Source of the DNA: Klebsormidium nitens
Lineage: Eukaryota; Plantae; Klebsormidiophyceae
Direction: 5' to 3'
DNA: 50,944 bases
Assembly (NCBI GenBank): GCA_000708835.1
Contig: DF237501.1
Location: 10,304 to 61,247, forward strand
Shown piece after piece: positions 1 to 10,700 of this stretch. Every line of letters begins with the position of its first letter. The stretch's first letter is position 1. Below the pieces are notes generated by a model. That model had not been told where the DNA came from, did not search any database, and saw only the letters and a program-made list of their open reading frames with translations. Both the position numbers and the translations under genes were made by a program.

Positions 1-233
1 TAGTGCAGTTGTGCTGGTAAAAGACGGTGTGATAGGGGATGAATCGGAAGACATGAAGGAACAGTTTTCAGGTAGGGGGTCATGAATTTCATGACATGGA
101 TGAACGTTGACATTGTTGGAGCGCAAATATTGGGGCTCACGTATTCAAGTGAGCCATTTAGTGTCGCACTCCAGATGCACATATATCGTGAGCTTCTTCA
201 CCTGTGGAAAATATATAACGGGTCGAACATGAT

Positions 234-908
234 ATGTGCATGATTAGAAGCACTAGTATTGAATGCTTTGTATGGTCTTCGCTTTGTGCAGCTCGTACGC
301 GCAGCCGGCCGCAGCAGATCAGCGGCGCGCTCGACCGGCCGGTCTTGTTGCGAGACAGTCAGGGATACATCAGGGGAGAATGTATCCAAGCTGTTCTAGA
401 CTGGCTACAATCGATTAAGCCCGGGTTCCGGTGCCCGGAGTTTTACATCTGTAGCGCGCGAGCAGATGGCCTGGATGTGGAGAAGGTGTGGGCCAGCTTG
501 AAGAGGAAGGTAGAGAGAGTGTATGGGGATTGGTCAATCGTTGGCACAATGGTGAACCTGGGGAACGTCCATTGGGCAGCGCTCGTAATCTGCCGGGGAG
601 ACAGGGCAGTGGAGTACTACGATCCGTTTGGAACTCCGCCACAGCCCAAGGTCCGAGAACTGCTCGAAGTCCTTGCACTTCGAGTGGGAAGAAACAATGG
701 CAACGGAGCGCCATTCGGGGTGAGGGTGAACAAGGCGCAACACCAAACCAGCCTAACGGAGTGCGGCCTGCACTCGCTGGTCTTCGTGTACAGGAGGTCG
801 ATGAACAAGAGGTGGTTCGATTGCACGGCAGGCTCGTCGGGGTCAATGAAGGCCTTGCAGGCGTGGTCGAAAGTCATTTTTAGTGGAGAGGCCCTTTTCA
901 ATGAGTAG
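234..908 (+). CDS. Clan CE cysteine protease (Ulp1/C48-like, resembling NCLDV core proteases); possibly the last exon of a gene starting upstream
   Basis: Motifs appear in catalytic order: NVHWAALVI (His, codon 570-572), VEYYDPFG (Asp), QHQTSLTECG (oxyanion Gln and Cys). A TTTGTGCAG acceptor ending near 291 means the true start is uncertain. Confidence 0.75.
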   Translation: MCMIRSTSIECFVWSSLCAARTRSRPQQISGALDRPVLLRDSQGYIRGECIQAVLDWLQSIKPGFRCPEFYICSARADGLDVEKVWASLKRKVERVYGDWSIVGTMVNLGNVHWAALVICRGDRAVEYYDPFGTPPQPKVRELLEVLALRVGRNNGNGAPFGVRVNKAQHQTSLTECGLHSLVFVYRRSMNKRWFDCTAGSSGSMKALQAWSKVIFSGEALFNE

Positions 909-1332
909 GGTCGCCTTGGAAAGTACTAGTGGACAGTGGAATGCGTAAGATAAGGGGACAAACATTGTACATACGCAAACACATTATCGTCTCTGCAACG
1001 ATGTTCACCATCTGAATGTTGGATCTTATCTCAAGTTTGCGCAATGACTGAAATGCAGGGTATATATAAGCATCATGAAATGGGTGTATGAACATGAACG
1101 AGCTAACGGTCAGGTCTCGGAGAAGTACAAAGGAGTGAGAAACACCAAGGAAACCCAATGAAAATGTTAGGGGCTTGCGCAGCGAAGGTATTAAACCGGC
1201 TAAACGGCCTTCGTTGAGTAAAACACTCAACGGTGCGGTTAACCTTGAGAGCATAGTCCAAAGGAAGGGGCGGCAACTGCCAGAATGGCCAGGCCGCAAG
1301 GGCGTGCAAAATGCAGGTTATTTAAAGCATTA

Positions 1333-2082
1333 NNNNNNNNNNNNNNNNNNNNNNNNNNNNNNNNNNNNNNNNNNNNNNNNNNNNNNNNNNNNNNNNNNNN
1401 NNNNNNNNNNNNNNNNNNNNNNNNNNNNNNNNNNNNNNNNNNNNNNNNNNNNNNNNNNNNNNNNNNNNNNNNNNNNNNNNNNNNNNNNNNNNNNNNNNNN
1501 NNNNNNNNNNNNNNNNNNNNNNNNNNNNNNNNNNNNNNNNNNNNNNNNNNNNNNNNNNNNNNNNNNNNNNNNNNNNNNNNNNNNNNNNNNNNNNNNNNNN
1601 NNNNNNNNNNNNNNNNNNNNNNNNNNNNNNNNNNNNNNNNNNNNNNNNNNNNNNNNNNNNNNNNNNNNNNNNNNNNNNNNNNNNNNNNNNNNNNNNNNNN
1701 NNNNNNNNNNNNNNNNNNNNNNNNNNNNNNNNNNNNNNNNNNNNNNNNNNNNNNNNNNNNNNNNNNNNNNNNNNNNNNNNNNNNNNNNNNNNNNNNNNNN
1801 NNNNNNNNNNNNNNNNNNNNNNNNNNNNNNNNNNNNNNNNNNNNNNNNNNNNNNNNNNNNNNNNNNNNNNNNNNNNNNNNNNNNNNNNNNNNNNNNNNNN
1901 NNNNNNNNNNNNNNNNNNNNNNNNNNNNNNNNNNNNNNNNNNNNNNNNNNNNNNNNNNNNNNNNNNNNNNNNNNNNNNNNNNNNNNNNNNNNNNNNNNNN
2001 NNNNNNNNNNNNNNNNNNNNNNNNNNNNNNNNNNNNNNNNNNNNNNNNNNNNNNNNNNNNNNNNNNNNNNNNNNNNNNNNNN
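1333..2082. other. Assembly gap (750 N)
   Basis: Run of N. ORFs spanning it are artefacts. Confidence 0.99.
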
Positions 2083-2638
2083 CGGCTGCAGTCGGGTCGA
2101 TCACACATAGCGACCGTCAACTTCCGGTCGGTACAGCCGTCGAGCTGTTTTGGAGATGGTCAAATCTGGGACGTCCGATGACCGCTAACAAGGAAAGTCT
2201 TCCAGGAACCGAGCAACCTTGCTTGCTATAACCTGCCAGGGTGCATGAATTCTCCTTACTGAAGGTATACCCAAAAGTAAATCTATCTTTCCGAATTTGT
2301 GTCACAGTATTAAAAACCACTTAACAAGTTTGAATCCCCGGGAGATTGAATCCAAATCAAAACCCAAGTCTTGACAGGTATATTGTGCCCTTGTACCGTG
2401 ATCATGTTAATTTAACCCTACTCATCTTACCTGAACACCGGCCATTATTCTACATTTGAATACACTCTGTTTTGTGTTAATGAACACCTATATGAGACTC
2501 ACATATGCTTTTCAGCCCGATATTCTCCGTAAAAGACAACGCACGACGGCAATGGTTTTGCCCCCGGGGGAACATGTTTGCCACGTAGGCTTCCTCGACA
2601 TTGACGACCGTCGCCGGCCGTGGCCGACCGACAAAAGT

Positions 2639-2723
2639 ATGGCAGAAATTTTCTGGCCGCCGTCGACGGCCAGAATGGCCAGAACTGGCGAAAATCGCCG
2701 GCCGGAAGTTGGTTTTCTGCCAT
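2639..2723. repeat. Nested imperfect palindrome
   Basis: ATGGCAGAAA/TTTCTGCCAT outer arms enclose TTCTGGCCG...CGGCCAGAA arms around CCGTCGACGG. Confidence 0.6.
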
Positions 2724-2884
2724 GTGTGATCGTTGTACCTATGACCCATGTGGCATGAGCTACCTATTCTGAGCTGCTGTCACGGTCAGCGCGGCGCCGC
2801 GCGGCGTAGCCGCCCCATCCGACGGACGCCGGACAAGTTGGCCGCGCGCGGGGCTTGGTACGAAAGTGGGTTAGTATCGAAGAT

Positions 2885-2987
2885 CACCAGCCTGGAACGT
2901 GTGGGGTTAGGTTGGGGGTTAGGGTGGGCTCAGGTGCGGAGCGGGTGATTTTGTGGGTTAAGTTTTCAAGGTTAGTGTTGGAGATCA
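2885..2987. repeat. G-rich dispersed repeat core, copy 1
   Basis: CCAGCCTGGAACG...GGGGTTAGGGTGGG...GGTGCGGAGCGGG is closely similar to 3112-3195 and 8838-8930. Confidence 0.75.
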
Positions 2988-3066
2988 GTCGTTGCCAGTT
3001 GCTGTCCTAACCTGATTCGGATGCGTACGAATTTCGAAACTCCCTGGAACAGTCCCTTTCTGGTCA

Positions 3067-3241
3067 AACTGGCGACATTTAATAGGGCCGTGTTCACTTA
3101 AGAACACGTCCCGGGGACGGGTAGGGTTGGTTCGGGGGTTAGGGTGGGTACGGGTGCGGAGCGTGTAATCTTGTTAGTTTAGGGTTTTAGTTTGTTTTTT
3201 GCCCCGGGTGGACACCTAAATAAACACAAATGTCGCCAGTT
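3067..3241. mobile_element. MITE-like element, G-rich core copy 2
   Basis: Perfect 14-bp inverted repeat AACTGGCGACATTT (3067-3080) / AAATGTCGCCAGTT (3228-3241), with inner CCCGGGG/CCCCGGG arms around the core. Confidence 0.6.
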
Positions 3242-4788
3242 CTGGGTGAACGTTCAAACTTGCGACAGCCGTCATGCGGGCAACTTTAACGTGAGTGAGT
3301 CGACATCTTTAACAAACTCGACAACCACGACGTTCCTGTCAGCGTAGCCCTTCTGTGGATCAGCATGTTGTCGAACCTGACGAGCGCCGGGCCTCTGACG
3401 ACGGCACGCCGGAGCACTGGGGATCCCTCCAGCATAGCACGTACCCACAGAAGCCCTTGCCCACAAAAGAAACCAGCTGCATGAAGCTCGAAGACCAAAT
3501 GCCTAAAGTGATACACACAAATTATCTGCTGAGAACGCCGGCTTGCCCTCAAATACACCCCTTTGCAGGCCTTTCCAGGCCTTAATTGCAGCGGTTGTCG
3601 CTCGCCATCCTGGTTGTACTCAACATGGCGGCGAAAGGAGTCAAAGGTAGGTTCTTCATTTGTCTGCATCCCCTTCATATTGTGCATCGTAAGATATCTG
3701 GGGAAGCAGGCAACAAAAATGGTCAAGCAATCGCGTGCTTTGCACGCCTGTCGCAGAATTGATGGTTGAGAAGGTCGTCAGAAAAAGATGTTGTGCCTCA
3801 GTGGATGACCTGAGGTGTAAATGCATTCTGTTGTCGAATTACCTATAACGCTTCTATATGTGCCTGAGGCTGGCAATTGTCAAAGGAAGGTAGCCGAAGA
3901 AGCGAATGGAGGTACCAAGACACGGATACCATGCTCAGAAGCCTGTGCCCCGCCTTTGAAAAGCAATTTGCACTGAATCCTAAGAGAGACACTCCTCCTT
4001 CCAGAGCAATGGCCCGCCCAAGCTTGGGCCCAGACTTGCATAAAGATTAGAGAGAATCTGATTGAAAGCTCTTGTCAAAGTGTTTTCAAGCGGAGCAGCT
4101 TCCCTTAAGCTTCCCCAAAACCTGCACAGCTTCCGCAGCTTATGCTAAGTGCTTGTAAGAGTGTAAACAAGTTCACATTAGCTCAGCATCTTCCCCTGTC
4201 GTGACCCCACATCCTTCAAAGGCCCAAACCCTGTCAACTGGCAGATGCTACTAGTCTTGCCAGACAAGGCCAGACTTCCTCTCTTTCTTCTGCCAGTTCC
4301 CAAGCCTGCAAGACAGAGGGAATGGCTGACCTCAAACACGTGTAGAGCATACATAGTAGCCGCCTGCGTCGTCGTGGTTGCGACCACAATGGCCTTGAGT
4401 TCAACAGTGTCGCTTGATAGCATAGGTACGGCGCCTGTTCACACTTCTCTTGAGTTGCAAACGAAGACCATAGCAGGTCCTACTTCGCCCCTCAGTGCTC
4501 AGAACAATCATGCAGTGAGATGTAAGGCTCCTCATAGAGATGGAAAAGTGATCAGAGCAAGCTTATGGTCAAAACCAAGGTGTTCTGAGTAAAGCATCCA
4601 CCTGCGGGGACCATTGACTAGCGTCTTGAGCTCCTACCCTTTGCAGACACACTCGACATTTCTTACACAAGGAGTCACCTGCTCTCAAGCTCTGGACAAT
4701 TTGCACTCTGCTGAGAGAAAAAGCCCTAGGACTTGACACTGCATATGACTACCTCACAACACCTCAACCTCATTCGATTGCAGGGCTC

Positions 4789-7700
4789 ATGAACCGCTGG
4801 GGATTTGGTTCCAAAGCTAAAAAAGACGAAATGAGCAGCAACCCAGAGCCACAAGCTAGCGGGAGCTCCTCAGAATGGAAGGAGTATGCAGAATGTCTTA
4901 CGAGCGACAGCCGGTGGAGCACGCACATCTCCACCGACAAGCCGATCTACCGCCCCGGTGACACCGTTCATATCCGTGCAGTCGTGCTTCACCCTATCAC
5001 GGGAGCTCCTGTGTCAAGTGGGAGTTATGGCATGGCGGGTAACGTGCAGGTGAGCTGCTCTGAGCAAGTTGACAGAGCAAGGCTAATTCTTCGGCATGGT
5101 TGGAACACGAAGTCGATTCTGACGTCTTCTTGATTCGTGATGAACATCATGTTGCCTATTCCAGATGCTTTAGTAGGTGGCAGACGGCTTTGCAGCCACG
5201 ATATGAGCGTCGCTCCGTCAGTCTGAAGACTATTCCAGTTCGTTGCACAAAACGCACCTTCTGGCCTTGCTCTCTTTTCCGAAGAGTGTCCACTGCCTGG
5301 ATAGCTTCACCTTGGTCGAAACCAAACCAAAGTCTGAGCTAACCCTAACCCTCGCCCGTTTCTTCCTCTGCAGGTTCTGTCCCCAAAGGGGAGTGTCGAA
5401 GCCACCCTTTACACAAACCAGCTAGAGGAGAGCGTGGCATATGCCTCATGGGCAGTCCCGGAGGGCCAGGCCGGGGGTGAATACACTCTCAAGCTCGAGT
5501 ATGGGGAGTATGGGGGCATGGGAGCCAGCCCCCCGGCAGAGCGCAAGATCCAGATCCGCAATTTCCGGAGCCCTAAGCTGAACGTGAGGGTGGAGTTTCT
5601 GGGAAGGGGGTACAGTGCAGGGGACGAGGTCAAGGGAAAGGTAAGGGCGGTCTGCGAAGAGTTTTCTATGAACTGCAAGGGATTTTGCGCAGATAGGTTT
5701 TTCATCTTGGGTGTATGGGTCGCTAAGACAATGAAAACGTTCTAGGGACGCGACTCACTTCCAAACTTTTGCAGTTGGGAAGCGTGCTTCAACTGACCAG
5801 ATGTAGAGACTTTTTGAAGTTCAGATAGAACGGTACTGCTGAGAGTGAAGTTGGCGTGGAGGTTTGGGAGGCCTTCAAAAGATACGTGGGGTGGGATGTC
5901 GGGGATGAAGACGAGGATCTGAAAATTTCGTGCACCAGCGACCCGTCTTCTTTCGTTGGCTAAACAAGGGCTCGATGGAGAGGGCGTACGGATCGTCAAC
6001 ATTGACAGTCAATCACAATCGGAGTCACTGAGTAATCTCAGAGTGATGTGCAGTGCTCTCCCGACGAATCAGCGCCCCACCACTGCTTTGGGCCTTTGTG
6101 ATGTGGCTTTTTCGCCGAGGCTATGCCAATACCTTCTTTCTTACTCTGTTTGCCTTTCCCATTTGTGCACTGGGTGCTTCGCAGTCCTTTTACCTTGTTC
6201 TTGCTCCCGGGCCAATAAACAAGTACCTTTAGACCGGTCACTCTTGACCCCGCTATTTATGACATGAGACACATACGTTTCCCAGGTGTCGGTCACCCGC
6301 GCTGAAGGCGGCGCCCCCCCAGCCGGCACTCCCGTCTCGCTCACGGCGCGAGTCGACGGGACCGCCGTCCATTCCTCCGAAGCCGTTCTCGATGATTCGG
6401 GGGTGTGCTACGCCGGCTTCGCGCTGCCCCCCGAAATAGCGGAGGGCCTGGGCGCGCTGACTGCGGTGGTTCACGACGGGGGTAACGTGGAGAGCGGCAG
6501 CAAGACCATCCCGATTGTGCTGCAGACTGTGGACGTGAAGCTCTTCCCGGAGGGGGGGGTGCTTGTTCCAGGTGAGCAGGAACAGTTGAGCTCTCTTTCT
6601 GTGTATCCACTTGTTTGGATCACTGGTGTGACTCCTACGAATCAGTCAGTCCACTTCAGGAGGTGTTTACTTGTTCGTCAACTGAACCGAAACTATGCTT
6701 GTCAGGAATGTCTTCCAGAAAAGACAAACAGGCTTTCTGTATTGTTCGATGATTCTCGATTGGAAGCGGGCAGTCAACATTGCTCCAGCTTGAAAGGAGA
6801 GTCCCGTGTCTCTTTCGCTCTTCCCCGCTCTTCCCGAGTAAAATGTGTCTAAAAAGCAGCTCCTTCGCCAAGCTTCCGTTTTCGGAAAGGCTTTCGAATC
6901 GCCTCCACGAAACGCTGAGGCTCAACCCGCAACAAAGTTCGAAGGCTCTCCTTCACCAGATGTCAATTTGCAACCAAGTCTTCTGAGCCCTCTTTTTGAA
7001 AAGCTCCAACATGCTGGGATGATGATTGATGGACCAACTCGGTGTTCATAGGTCTCGAGAACCGTGTCTATTTCGAAGCGCGCGACCCAACCGAAGAGCC
7101 CCTCGACGTCGAGGGCGAGGTCTGGCCCGTCGGTGGGAATGCGCCCCTCGCCACCTTTGCCGCAGTCCATGAAGGCCGAGGAAAGTTCGTCTTCACACCG
7201 GCCGCCGGCCAGGCTTACGAAGCTCGGTTCACCAAACCGGGGAGCGTCAAGAAGCCAGTTCCCCTGCCGGAAGTTGAGGGAGGCGCCAATCACGGGCTGC
7301 CAAGTGTCGTCCTCAGAGTCGAGGCCCCGGCTGACGGGGCAGAAAAAACGGCAAACTCGAGTGCCGCTATCGACGTCACCGTTGGAAGCACCGCTGCGGC
7401 GACTCTGCGAGTCGCCCTGTACAAGCGGGAGGTCGCCCTCGAGAGCAAAGATGTAAACATCTCCGCCGCGGGGGGTACCCAGACGCTGTCCTTCCTGCTC
7501 CCCGGGGCGGAATACTCCGGGGTCCTCCGAGTGACCGTCTTCGCCGAGAGCAGCGGCGACTGGACGCCCGTCGTGGAACGGCTGATCTTCCGGGCGCCAG
7601 TCAGAAAGCTCCACGTGGCAGTGTCCGGGGGCCCCGCGCAGGGGGGTGGAAACGACTGCGTGCCCGGGGGGAGGGCCCGGGTGGAGGTGGCGGTGACGGA

Positions 7701-10700
7701 TGCGGTAACGGGGGAGGTGGTGAGCGGGGCGGTGGTCGGCGTCAGTGTGGTGGATAACAGTAACCTGGAGCAAGTGGAGCCGCGCAGGCGTGCGCCGCGG
7801 CTACCGGCTATGGCGCTGCTCGAAGACGAGGTGCGTGAATGAAAATTTCGTTTTTTTCATCTGCTTAGCGTCTTCCTTCTTTCTTTCTGTTCGTTCGTTC
7901 CCTTTCTTTCTTCACCGACTCGGTTTGCATACGGGCAACCTTATGTCTTCGATGATCCCTTTTCGGCGAAAGACGTCGATATCTGACGTCCTTTCCTGTT
8001 CTGCTTTTGCTCTGTTCCACTTCCATCGCAGTTTGATTCGTCACCGACTTCCTTTTTCTTAACCTTTGTACGCAGATTCTTATGTTCTTTTGGTACACGA
8101 CGAAAAGAAGTCCGATTCCACTTCACTCGTTCGCCTCTCTGTTAAGATTTTCAGCTGAAAGAAATCGTTCTTGTCTTCTCTTTCCCTCTACCGCTAGGAA
8201 GCATTGTAATCGATGCCCGTTTTGCCATCTGTTCTCAAAACCTCGAGTGGGGCGTGCTGGAAGATTATTTACTGAAGGAATCAGGGCTGTTAATAATTTG
8301 GTTTAGTCCCGTTTACTTGTCCACGCTCGACCGACGGCGGCCTCTTTCGCACAAAAGTATGTCTGTTTCGGCGCTTGGTTGCCTGTTTTGGCCCGAGATT
8401 GCGCCCATCATCGCAGATGCACAACAAGAACTGGAGATTCCACTCTTAGAACTCAGCAAGCTGCTGTCTTTCCTGTCTTTGCTTTCACGTTATTTCGATC
8501 CGTGAAATCTGCTTCTAGTTTGTCTTCTCTATCTCTTCCATCACTTGTAGAAAACGCCGGTGCTTGAAAGTACCGAGACTTCTTCTTTTTCCTCGTCCAG
8601 TTCCGACCATTTGAACTTCAAGTACAACGCCCCATTATCAGAACACGCCGAGGTCCTTTTGTAGAACAGCGTGGTCTGTTCACTTGCTTTAACCTTCGAC
8701 TTACTCCTCATTCTCTCATCTTAAGATCGGTACACAGTTCTTCAACGTTACCCATGGTTTCCGAGCTAAATTGGCCGTAGCATCAGTAGGAGCTCGGACT
8801 AATCTAGGAATAATAATGGCCAGGTATAATAAGCTCGCCAGCCTGGGACGGGTGGGGTTAGTTTGGGGGTTAGGGTGGGTACGGGTGCGGAGCGGGTAGA
8901 TTGTTGGGTTAGGGCTTTAGTGTTAGTTGGAGCTTATTATACCTGGCTCTTATTATACCTAAATTAGTCCGTCATATCAGTAGCCCGGTCGTAACGCAAT
9001 CCAATTCCCTTTTCAGGTGGACCATCTGGAGGACCACGCGGCCTACATCGACGGCTCGGATCTGCCCGGCGGCTCCGATCCATCTCTGGCCGTCGATCTG
9101 CTGCTGGGCACCCAGGGCTGGCGGCGCTTCCTCTACCGTGACCCTCTAGAAAAGTTGGTCGGGGAGGGGACCGGCGAAAACGGCGAGAAGGTACATACCG
9201 GAAAAAGGAGGTTTCTGGCGTACGTGCGACTTTTGATTCGAGCTTGGCGCAGTTGAGATGTCATCGACGAGTCGCTTAGAACCGCCCCCCTCAATCTCCG
9301 GGGCCAGGTTTTTGGGCTCCGCTTTAACCCAACCTTTCCAAGTACCAGCCAACCTCTTCCGCGTGTCGATGTGGGCGACCCAGTTACAGAGTCGGACTCG
9401 CTCGGTGCTCACTCTGGTCACCTCACAAAGACAAGCCTGCTATCTAGCGTCTTCACACAGGCGAAACTCAACACTCATTACTAAGACGCGTTTGCGTCTT
9501 CTCGTTTCCACACAACGGATGCTACTAACCCGATCGATCGATGCGCGCTCTTCTTCCGTGTCCAACAGACCAACGCGACACTTTCAAGCGCGCTGCGGGC
9601 GTCCTCGTAACCACACAAAGACAAGCCTGCTTGTAATCACCTTCGCACAGGCAAAAACTCCACAACCATCGCGAAGAATCGTTTGCATCTTCACATTTCC
9701 CACAAACGAACGCCCTTGATTGATGCGCTCACTTTTCTGTTTTCACACAGACGAAACGCGACAAGTTCAAGCGCGCCGCGGGCGTTCAGCCGGTTCAACC
9801 TCAGCCGGTGTATCCCTTCCAGGCGCTGGCCCGTGGCGGCCCCAAAATGCGCGCGATGAACTTTGCGTGAGTCTGCAATTTTTATATATTGAAGCACTAA
9901 ACCTACGGCGTCCCCTTGACTTCCTTTTTCCTTACTGACTTTGGCTCTTGGAGTGTTACCTCCCTCGTTGACATTTTATACTCCAACTGCAGTAAGGCAC
10001 TTTGTTTCGTGACTGGCAACTTATGAATGTGAAGGGTTCAGAGGAGAGGGCCGCGAAGAAAATACAACGTGCGTTTTGATTGGCATTTTGATGAACCTCC
10101 GAATACTTCAAAGCGGTGACTGGACGGGAAATTCTGGCCTATTTCTCAGGCATACCGCGGATACGTTCTCTTGATCTGATCCAAGCAGGCAGCTGAATGA
10201 ACATCATGCGACTTGTAAAGAATCCTAAGGTAGAGCGAAACAGACTCCTGAAGCCGATTCAGCAGCCAAAATCTTGAGCTTCATGCCTCACGGCCCTGAA
10301 ACGTCCAATCAGAAAGCACTAACGCCGTGTAAAGCGGAACTCTATGGTCCCGACGTTTAGGGCCTTACGGCCCTAAGCCGTCCAATCATGTAGCATAACC
10401 GCCCTGGTATCAATTAACCCGAAATTGCAGGTTTGGTGGTGGCGGCCCTCCCGTCCTCCCCCAGGCCGCCTTTATGGCGGCACCTGCCCCGCCGGGCGGC
10501 GCTTTCCGCGGTCCCCCGGTCGAACTCATGATGCTTCACGACTTGGAAGCTGGAGCGGGGGATCCCCCCGAGCCGGAAGGGGCAGAGGGAGGGCTGGAGA
10601 TGCTCAAGGAGGGAGCGGAAGCGGAACCAGCGAGAGCGGAAGCGGAATTCCCGGCGGATGACTTGGTCGCCGACGTAAAGATGGAAGTGGAAGATGCTGC

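Noticed and set aside
1175-2181. Long ORFs of 260-311 aa in the ORF track
   Set aside because: They consist almost entirely of X from the N gap.
3286-3726. 146-aa minus-strand ORF with a faint FBD-like stretch (AMLEGSPVLRRAVV)
   Set aside because: The resemblance is by eye only, and no convincing gene structure or second motif was found. An HMM search would settle it.
6922-7773. 283-aa antisense ORF
   Set aside because: It shadows GC-rich A2M exon 4 and has no independent motifs.
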